A stretch of 29,552 bases of DNA. It comes from a virus. The stretch is from the IMG/VR virus record IMGVR_UViG_3300008452_005759; one strand, given 5' to 3'. The position numbers and the translations under genes were made by a program. This document shows, piece after piece, positions 6,648 through 13,539 of this stretch; the stretch's first letter is position 1, and every line of letters starts with the position of its first letter. Below the pieces are notes generated by a model. The model saw only the letters and a program-made list of their open reading frames with translations. It ran no database searches and was not told the DNA's origin.

Positions 6648-7295
6648 ATGAACTATGACGCTTTGTCTAATAATGATGATGATCTTTTTTCTGATAATTC
6701 CTCAGATAACACGAATCAAACATTTACTTCAGATTCTGGCATTGATAATTTATTAAACTCTTTAGATATAAATCTTGAAGAAGTTGACTCAATGCTTTTT
6801 CGGGCAAGAATCGTAACAACTCTTATTGACACTGCTAATAAGTTTGTTTATGAAACCAATTCATACAATAGGACTATATTTAATACTCTTAATTCTTTAA
6901 CTGACGGACAGTTTCAGTATACTCTTTATGCTGAAACTCTCGAAGAAGGAATCTATCGTAGACTTCTTATTTTAGATTTTCTAAAGTCTTGTACTGATCA
7001 GATGGACGAAAAGATCTTAGCTCTTATATCTAAGGCCACAAGTTCCAATCTTGATTCTCGGTTTATCAATACATATATTGTATCTATGAAGAATATACTT
7101 GAATATTCTATTGACTACAATATTTCCATTTACAATAAAATTTGTGAACAAATAAATAGAAGTCCTATTTCTTTTGATATTGATAACAACTTTGATTTAA
7201 TGCATACATACATAAATCCTACTAGTTATATTAATAGTGTATTTACTAATATTAAGAAATCTTTAGGATTTGGAATCAAACTTGAGTCAGACTAA
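6648..7295 (+). CDS. Hypothetical protein
   Basis: 215 aa with an acidic, polar N-terminus. No recognisable motif. Confidence 0.6.
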   Translation: MNYDALSNNDDDLFSDNSSDNTNQTFTSDSGIDNLLNSLDINLEEVDSMLFRARIVTTLIDTANKFVYETNSYNRTIFNTLNSLTDGQFQYTLYAETLEEGIYRRLLILDFLKSCTDQMDEKILALISKATSSNLDSRFINTYIVSMKNILEYSIDYNISIYNKICEQINRSPISFDIDNNFDLMHTYINPTSYINSVFTNIKKSLGFGIKLESD

Positions 7296-7323
7296 AAAAC
7301 AAATTCATCAAGCCAAAGTAAAC

Positions 7324-7653
7324 ATGAACTCTGAATGGCAGCATCTTGCTGCTTGCCGTTCTACACCAAAAGAAGACGACTTCTTTGATACTAGAGAAGT
7401 TTATCTTAGAACCTTATCTAGAAGATATTGTCATTCTTGTCCTGTTAGAACTCAGTGTTTATATGTTGCGTTAGTTAATGATGATATTTATGGCCTTTGG
7501 GGAGCTCTTACTCCAAAGCAAAGAAAGTACTATCTTCGTCAGATTTATTCTTACGCAGAAGAACATAACATTCCTACAAACGATTGGAGCCATGAGTTAG
7601 ATGAAGTCTTCCAACTCTTCTCAACGCTTCCAAAGATTAAGCAGTATTTTTAA
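7324..7653 (+). CDS. whiB: WhiB-like (Wbl) iron-sulfur transcription regulator
   Basis: EWQHLAACRSTP...YCHSCPVRTQCLYVALVNDDIYGLWGALTPKQRK shows the four-Cys C...C..C.....C pattern followed by the G(I/L)WGG-like turn and a basic tail. First ATG after the upstream stop. Confidence 0.75.
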   Translation: MNSEWQHLAACRSTPKEDDFFDTREVYLRTLSRRYCHSCPVRTQCLYVALVNDDIYGLWGALTPKQRKYYLRQIYSYAEEHNIPTNDWSHELDEVFQLFSTLPKIKQYF

Positions 7654-8086
7654 CTATAAAAAAATACCAAAATCTTTTTATACACTTGGCTCATTGTTAG
7701 CTTTTGCAGCTATCAACTACACAGTTATACATAGCCCTGTAGTTTTATTGGCAACTCTTGGACTATTAGTGCATGAGCTTGCTCATTACTTCTATGCAAA
7801 AGCATACAAGGCAAAGGTCTCTCTTCCAATATTTTTACCTTTTCCTTTTATCGCAATTGCGTTTGTTAAAGTAAAAGATTTGCATTTGTCGCATAAACCC
7901 TATGTTGCAATAGCTGGTATGATCTTTGCTTCTTTAATGTATTTATTTACTTTTATATTTAATTTTTATCATTCTTTTTATTCTATATGTATACCTTTAA
8001 TTTTTATTACATTTGAACTTTTATTTAACATCATTGGTTCTGACGGTATGAAATTCCGTTCATCCAGATCGAGAATGGCTGTATAA
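7601..8086 (+). CDS. Polytopic membrane metalloprotease, site-2-protease (M50)-like
   Basis: HELAH lies inside a hydrophobic helix (LLATLGLLVHELAHYFY). A second motif FNIIGSDG resembles the M50 N..P..LDG motif. Several further hydrophobic segments. The ATG start overlaps the whiB-like gene by 53 nt, and the start is uncertain. Confidence 0.55.
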   Translation: MKSSNSSQRFQRLSSIFNYKKIPKSFYTLGSLLAFAAINYTVIHSPVVLLATLGLLVHELAHYFYAKAYKAKVSLPIFLPFPFIAIAFVKVKDLHLSHKPYVAIAGMIFASLMYLFTFIFNFYHSFYSICIPLIFITFELLFNIIGSDGMKFRSSRSRMAV

Positions 8087-8230
8087 CTATGCATCTTTTA
8101 ATCCTTCCATTAATTGCTTTTAATCTTCGTATTAAAAACAAAAATACAAGGACTCGTTACATGATGGATATAGCTAATTATGGTTTAACAAATTCTATTA
8201 TCCACTCAAACAATTTAATTGGAGAACTAC

Positions 8231-8491
8231 ATGAATCTCAAACAAAAGAAAGAGAACCTATCTCTCAAAATCAATAACTCTCTTGAGGATTATTATTTTG
8301 ATGTCCAGTCAATGGGCTCTCCTTCTGCACTAGATGAATCCCAATTAGCAAAGCTTGTTACTAAGCTTGCTGTCGGTGTTGCCACCGTATGGTGGACTGC
8401 TTTAGAGTTGAAGGATTATATAAAACTTCGAAAAGCCCACTCAGAATTTGAGGAAAGTATTAATGACTTCTTATCCAGAAAAGATTCCTAA
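8231..8491 (+). CDS. Hypothetical protein
   Basis: GGAGA lies 5 nt upstream of the ATG at 8231. The track start at 8219 is TTG. Confidence 0.5.
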   Translation: MNLKQKKENLSLKINNSLEDYYFDVQSMGSPSALDESQLAKLVTKLAVGVATVWWTALELKDYIKLRKAHSEFEESINDFLSRKDS

Positions 8492-8867
8492 GTCTGCTTC
8501 TCAGCAGATGAAGAACTTTTATTTTAATCTAGATTCTTCTAAGATTGTAAAATCAGATCTTGAAAATCAAATATCTAATCTTGATGATCGCATCAATAAA
8601 ATTGTTGATCATTTTACTTTAGATGATATTCCAATTATTCGTTTTATTTTAGGACAAAGCCACGACAAGGAAGAGCTTAAAAAACTTTCTAAAGCCTTAG
8701 ATCGTGTTGCTGATCTTGTTGAAGTAAAAGACAAACTGATAGAGAAACTTCAAGTTATTAAAACAGCAGAGAAAGATCCGAACTGGTTCGCTCTTACATT
8801 TGGTGACTTCTCTATTGATGTTGACCTTGAACTAGACAATATTTTATACGGAGATACAAATGACTGA
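8463..8867 (+). CDS. Hypothetical coiled-coil-like protein
   Basis: GAGGA lies 8 nt upstream of the ATG at 8463. An alternative start is the ATG at 8508. Confidence 0.5.
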   Translation: MTSYPEKIPKSASQQMKNFYFNLDSSKIVKSDLENQISNLDDRINKIVDHFTLDDIPIIRFILGQSHDKEELKKLSKALDRVADLVEVKDKLIEKLQVIKTAEKDPNWFALTFGDFSIDVDLELDNILYGDTND

Positions 8868-10680
8868 TACATTTAATTATGCTTTTGTTAAGAATGAAGA
8901 AGGAAACTTTTCTGTTCGGTCTACAGTTAAATCTTTTAATTTAGATCACGTTACAGATAAAGATATTATTTCTTTTTATCATTCTTTTTCTAGCTATGCT
9001 TCTTTTGACACCGGCCTTCTTCCTTTGAATGGAACTGGTGTATTAGCTATTCGCACTGCTGGTCCTCACACTCAGGTCGTCACTCAGCATGCCCCTGGCA
9101 TGTATTATGTTAACTGGGGTGCACATGAAAGAGACTCATCTGCAAAAGCATATTATGTAGCTCAGCCATACCGTATTGTTATTGGTGATTTTGAAAATGG
9201 CAATCTTCTCGGTGCCAGAATGTTTTACTCACCTTTTCCAATTACTTCTCCTAGCAACATACTTTATCACGTAAACCTTCCTAACATTAACTGTAAGGGT
9301 TACCGTGGAAATGGTGTTGGTTGGATCTGCTTGTATCACACAGATGATTGGTCATCTCTTCCTTTTAATGAAAAGGTTGCTCGCTTTGTTGAGCGTTGTT
9401 CTGGCGTAGAAACATACAACGATGCTAACATGTCTGAGACTGATGGTCCTCGTTTTTATGCTGCGCACGGCAAGCCTGAATATATAACTAATCCTGCTTC
9501 TTGGCAGCAAAAGTCAGAAGAAGGATTTGTTTGGACATTAGATGACGATTTGTGGATTCCTGTTCTTGTTAAAGATATGGACCACCAAGACAGGCACTAT
9601 GAAGATGGCGAGCCATTGACTTTAGCTATGGCAATGCTTGGCAACTATCAGGCTTATTACACTGATAAAAACATTCCCAAGATGTACAATGTTATTTCTC
9701 GTAGCGATCTTTCTTTGAGTAATTCTAATATTGCTGACTTTATTAAGCGTTCTTTTGCTTCTGCTCCTGTTGTTTATCAGCACCAAACAAAAGACGATCC
9801 GTATGCATTTACTGTAAACCATCGTCAGCAAAATGGTTCTCCTGTTTTAAATCCTAATATTTTTATTTCAAACGATGAATCAGATCACATTACTTGTGCT
9901 GATTGCGAAGAGCTTTATCAGTCAGATGATATTAACTACACTGCTTATGATTCTCCTGTTTGTGAAAATTGCCTTCATGAGAATTACATTTTCATAGAGA
10001 GTGCTGATAAGTGGTATTACACAAGCGATGATGACCTTGTTTACTCAGAAATTGATGATTGTTATTATCATGGCGATTATGACCAAATAACTCTTTGTCA
10101 TTCTTGTGATAATTATTTTGGTACTCCCGGAAATATTCACAATACCCAAGAAAAACATCTTTCCAAGATTTATTGGGACCAATCCAAGAATCATATTTGC
10201 ATAGACTGTTTTAACGACATTGTTAATCCTCCTGTACCATTTGAAGATGATCCTTCTATCGTTACTTCGCAATGCGTTGGATGTAGCAAAAAAGTAATAA
10301 CCAATACTGGTTGGTCTTCTGTTTACCCAGAATTTAAAGCTCTTACTTATGATTCTGATTCTATGTCCATGGTTCCAAGTTCTCTTTATGCATGCCCCAG
10401 CTGTGCACCAAAGTACTATGTTTGCCCATGTGGTTTAGTTAAAGATAACTCTGAAATTAATGGACCTTGCACTCCTACTACATTTGATCTTGATGATAAA
10501 ACTCTTACTGTAAATTCTTGTTGTCAGTCTTGTCTTGGCAACGCGACAGAGCAAGATGGTTTTATCGTCATGAAGTATGTACCGTTCAGTGAAGATTCTT
10601 TTAATAAGGTCTTGAACAGTCCTATCATTAATCATGTAGCTGGTGTTTCTATCACCATAAAAGACACTGATGTCTTTTAA
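8860..10680 (+). CDS. E2/UBC-like protein with long C-terminal multi-CxxC (zinc-ribbon array) region
   Basis: GGAGA SD. The core motif ARMFYSPFPITSPSNILYHVNLPNINCKGYRGNGVGWICLYH parallels the E2 pattern FP..P....F...(H/L)PNI...G.ICL, with the candidate catalytic Cys codon at 9328-9330. Residues ~346-558 contain about 8 CxxC-type pairs. The E2 call is motif-level only. Confidence 0.45.
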   Translation: MTDTFNYAFVKNEEGNFSVRSTVKSFNLDHVTDKDIISFYHSFSSYASFDTGLLPLNGTGVLAIRTAGPHTQVVTQHAPGMYYVNWGAHERDSSAKAYYVAQPYRIVIGDFENGNLLGARMFYSPFPITSPSNILYHVNLPNINCKGYRGNGVGWICLYHTDDWSSLPFNEKVARFVERCSGVETYNDANMSETDGPRFYAAHGKPEYITNPASWQQKSEEGFVWTLDDDLWIPVLVKDMDHQDRHYEDGEPLTLAMAMLGNYQAYYTDKNIPKMYNVISRSDLSLSNSNIADFIKRSFASAPVVYQHQTKDDPYAFTVNHRQQNGSPVLNPNIFISNDESDHITCADCEELYQSDDINYTAYDSPVCENCLHENYIFIESADKWYYTSDDDLVYSEIDDCYYHGDYDQITLCHSCDNYFGTPGNIHNTQEKHLSKIYWDQSKNHICIDCFNDIVNPPVPFEDDPSIVTSQCVGCSKKVITNTGWSSVYPEFKALTYDSDSMSMVPSSLYACPSCAPKYYVCPCGLVKDNSEINGPCTPTTFDLDDKTLTVNSCCQSCLGNATEQDGFIVMKYVPFSEDSFNKVLNSPIINHVAGVSITIKDTDVF

Positions 10681-10724
10681 TTTAAATACAAAATAATAAC
10701 CAATTCAATTTATTGGAGAAATAT

Positions 10725-12431
10725 ATGAATACCGAAGATATCACTTATGATGATACTAAACTAGAAGATTTGAATTTCTTCTGGACTAAGTCTGGTGTGC
10801 CTTGTTTTATGGCAGATCGAGACAACATGGAAGAAATTATTGAAAACCTTGGTTTTAATATTTATTACATGATTTGCAATACCGCTGTTGATCGCAAGAT
10901 TGAAACTAAGAATGTTGGATATAACTCTGCACCTACTTCCACTACAACAACTTGGGTTACAGATCTTTCAACAAATATTGTAAAGGTTGTTAACAACTTT
11001 GTTGGCCGTTCTGTTTCTATTGTAAAAGACGAAGACCTTTATGATTTTGAAATTACTCGCGAAACAGCTGAGTATACTCTTCCTCCAATTCCTCACGATA
11101 TTGTTATAAAGCTTGACGAGTTTTTCCGTTTGGTTGATGCTCAGCATGGGACTGAGTCCATTGTTCTTTTGACTTTTGATCCTGAATTTGAAGGAAGACC
11201 TGAAGGTTGGGGCGTCCTTGTTCCAGAGCAAGTAAACACTTCTGTTCACTGTAAGTATGACTCTGAAAGCATTGTTGACCAAAAGCCTGATCATGTTATG
11301 ATTGTTGGTTCAGTTCACAGTCATCCTAACATGGCAGCTTATGCTTCTGGTACTGACCACGCAGATCAGGCTGACTTTGACGGCATCCATATTACTTATG
11401 GTTGGCAAAAGTCCGTAAATGGCGGAGCTACTCAGTATCACATTGAAATGCAGATTGGCGGAAACGCTTGGACTCTTAAGCCTGAAGATGTTTTTGAAGA
11501 TTTTGTTTTTACTAAAGAGCCAGATCCCGATGTGATTGAATGGTCTCAAAAAGTAAAAAAAGCACACCCCCCTACGGGGGGAGCTCACAACAAAACTTCA
11601 ACGCTTCCGCAGTCCACTCAAGCCCAAACGACAACCACGCAGGCGCAGGTCTCTACTCCAGTTGGGGCTACTACTAGTACTAGATTTCGTTCGATAGGTG
11701 ATCCTAGATTTCAAGAGTATCCTAACGAAATTTTTGATGCTGCTGCTAGGTCTGGCGATGCTATGTTTATAGTTGAGCTTGATTATGCTCATACTGATTT
11801 GTTCTGCTATGCTTGCGCTAATGTCATTGTTGACTTTGATTTGTTTGACCAAGTATGTCCTGTTTGCGATATAATGTTCTGCGATGCTAAAGACGGAATA
11901 TCATCTATTCTTTCTGGTGCAGCAGAGTATCTCCGAATTCGCAATAAATCTACTAACATAGATTATTATCTTTGGTCTATGGATTCAGAAGGTAAAGAGA
12001 CATTTTCTAAAATAGCCAACAAGTCTTTTGATTCTGATAGCAAAGAAGTTCCTTTCTCAATTTTGCAATCTGATGATGAGTATCCAGTAAGCGATAATAT
12101 TGATGAGTATTATTATTCTGGATTTTCAGAGAAGAGAACTGTCTGCTGCAATATTGACATTAAAGATATTGAACTTTGTAAGTGCGAAAATACAGTAATA
12201 TACGACGACATTTTAGATTTTGATGTCGCTCATCCATATGATGTTTACAGTCGAAATGACTCTTGTATACATTGTCAGTATTATTACTCTAGAGAGTGCA
12301 CACCTTATTACACTTCTATCATAGAATTTGTAAAAACAAGAAGACCGATGGAATCGTCAATTCAACCCTGTTCAGATTGGGTTGAGCATCGTGATGATAC
12401 CTATCTCGAAAAAGGATATTTATATGACTGA
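10725..12431 (+). CDS. JAB/JAMM (MPN+) metalloprotease-domain protein with Cys-rich C-terminal region
   Basis: GGAGA lies 5 nt before the ATG at 10725. The upstream Glu (GTESIVLL) plus VGSVHSHPNMAAYASGTDHAD gives E...HxHx7Sx2D (11316-11357). A Thr/Gln-rich linker follows, then CxxC...CxxC clusters at 11805-12299. Confidence 0.8.
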   Translation: MNTEDITYDDTKLEDLNFFWTKSGVPCFMADRDNMEEIIENLGFNIYYMICNTAVDRKIETKNVGYNSAPTSTTTTWVTDLSTNIVKVVNNFVGRSVSIVKDEDLYDFEITRETAEYTLPPIPHDIVIKLDEFFRLVDAQHGTESIVLLTFDPEFEGRPEGWGVLVPEQVNTSVHCKYDSESIVDQKPDHVMIVGSVHSHPNMAAYASGTDHADQADFDGIHITYGWQKSVNGGATQYHIEMQIGGNAWTLKPEDVFEDFVFTKEPDPDVIEWSQKVKKAHPPTGGAHNKTSTLPQSTQAQTTTTQAQVSTPVGATTSTRFRSIGDPRFQEYPNEIFDAAARSGDAMFIVELDYAHTDLFCYACANVIVDFDLFDQVCPVCDIMFCDAKDGISSILSGAAEYLRIRNKSTNIDYYLWSMDSEGKETFSKIANKSFDSDSKEVPFSILQSDDEYPVSDNIDEYYYSGFSEKRTVCCNIDIKDIELCKCENTVIYDDILDFDVAHPYDVYSRNDSCIHCQYYYSRECTPYYTSIIEFVKTRRPMESSIQPCSDWVEHRDDTYLEKGYLYD

Positions 12432-13173
12432 ACCTAAAAGAATAGTTCTTGTTGGAGCAGGTGGCATTGGCACTTGGCTTGCTGAGGGCGTAGTTAGAAT
12501 GCTGGAATGGAAGTTTCCAGGTTCTGCTTTGATTATTGTCGACGGAGATAATTATGAGGCTAAGAACTTAGAGCGTCAAAACTTTAGCCAGATGGGTAAT
12601 AAAGCATCTGTTAAAGCATTAGAGCTTTCCAAGCAATTTACTAATACAATGATTATTCCCATTCCAAAGTGGGTTGTATCAGATGATCATCGTGATACAG
12701 ATGAAGATTCAAACAAAATAAAAGCATCTGAGTTGATAACAGAAGGAGACGTAGTCTTGGCTGTTGTTGACAATTTTGCTGCTCGTAAAATTTTGTTTGA
12801 CGCAGCATCAAAGATCGACAATATCGATGTATTTACCGGTGGCAATGATGATAACCTGTTTGGCAGTGTTTATCATTATCGTCGGCGTGATGGACACGAT
12901 ATAACTTCTCATCCTGTAGAGACACATCCAGAGTACCAAAGTCCACCTGATAGAAATCCAGGTGAAATGTCTTGTCAGGAGAGAGCAGAAGTAGAAGGCG
13001 GAACACAGATTCTTGCTACCAACATGGCTGTTGCAGCCCTTCTACTCGGTCGTATTCAGCACACAATTGTGTCTGAACAAAATCCAGAACAGTCGGAGAT
13101 CTACTTTGATCTTGGGCTGGGAATGGCTCAACCTTTCAATCGTATGGTTGAAAGTCTAGTAAACATATCATAA
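12424..13173 (+). CDS. ThiF/MoeB-family E1-like adenylating enzyme
   Basis: AAGGA SD and an ATGACTGA overlap with the JAB gene. Motifs: RIVLVGAGGIGTW (Rossmann GxGGxG), IIVDGDNYEAKNLERQNF (E1 NLxRQ motif), VVDNFAARK, and a candidate loop Cys in GEMSCQE. Confidence 0.8.
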   Translation: MTEPKRIVLVGAGGIGTWLAEGVVRMLEWKFPGSALIIVDGDNYEAKNLERQNFSQMGNKASVKALELSKQFTNTMIIPIPKWVVSDDHRDTDEDSNKIKASELITEGDVVLAVVDNFAARKILFDAASKIDNIDVFTGGNDDNLFGSVYHYRRRDGHDITSHPVETHPEYQSPPDRNPGEMSCQERAEVEGGTQILATNMAVAALLLGRIQHTIVSEQNPEQSEIYFDLGLGMAQPFNRMVESLVNIS

Positions 13174-13190
13174 CAACCAGGAGTAATCTC

Positions 13191-13442
13191 ATGGAACTTA
13201 ATTCACAGTCCAACAATACAGCATCTTCGTCTGGTGTAGCAAACGTCCGTTACGGCGTCTACAACCAGCCTGCTCCAGTTTCTGGCAAGACAATTGGCCA
13301 GGTTCGCGAGCAGTTCAGCAAGCTTTGGGGCATTAGCTCAGACGCAATTGCCTACAAGGGCAAGGACAAGCTCGACGAGAACTATGTCATTCAGGCTAAT
13401 GACAACATCGAGTTCCACCGTCGCGCAGGCGAAAAGGGCTGA
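13191..13442 (+). CDS. Ubiquitin-like (ThiS/MoaD-type beta-grasp) small protein ending in Gly
   Basis: AGGAG lies 7 nt upstream. 83 aa. The C-terminal half VSGKTIGQVREQFSKLWGI...YVIQANDNIEFHRRAGEKG-stop follows the ThiS/MoaD pattern, with an acidic turn, a final strand and a terminal Gly. It lies directly after the E1 gene. About 51 percent G+C by hand count. Confidence 0.65.
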   Translation: MELNSQSNNTASSSGVANVRYGVYNQPAPVSGKTIGQVREQFSKLWGISSDAIAYKGKDKLDENYVIQANDNIEFHRRAGEKG

Positions 13443-13458
13443 TTTAACCTTTCTTCAT

Positions 13459-13502
13459 GGGGGGGACACCGACTTCGGTTTGTGTCCCCCCCACCTTTTT
13501 TT
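13459..13502 (+). terminator. Rho-independent terminator after the Ubl gene
   Basis: GGGGGGGACAC (13459-13469) pairs with GTGTCCCCCCC (13482-13492). The loop contains a C-UUCG-G type tetraloop. ACC plus a run of seven T follows. Confidence 0.85.
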
Positions 13503-13539
13503 AAAAGGCTATAATTTATTCTATACTATTGGAGACGCA

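Noticed and set aside
8089-8277. 62-aa ORF between the M50-like gene and the 8231 gene
   Set aside because: It has no SD and overlaps the SD-supported start at 8231 by 47 nt. It could be real given the gene density, but I cannot support it, so it is left uncalled.
9622-11852. Minus-strand ORFs 9622-9831, 10045-10272, 10435-10635, 10968-11294, 11310-11588 and 11598-11852
   Set aside because: All lie antisense within the long E2-like and JAB genes, whose products carry clear motifs. Their translations are low-complexity or basic and typical of shadow frames.
13510-13527. TATAAT (13510-13515) and TATACT (13522-13527) as a defined promoter for the AAA+ gene
   Set aside because: Neither has a convincing -35 at 16-18 nt, because the upstream sequence is the terminator C-run and T-run. 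They are mentioned in a finding but not called as a feature.
13294-13539. Track ORF start at 13294, which would add 82 aa to the N-terminus of the AAA+ ATPase
   Set aside because: This extension runs in an alternative frame through the GC-rich Ubl gene and straight across the strong terminator hairpin and T-run. It uses a TTG start with no SD. A GTG at 13540 with GGAG 5 nt upstream is a far better start.
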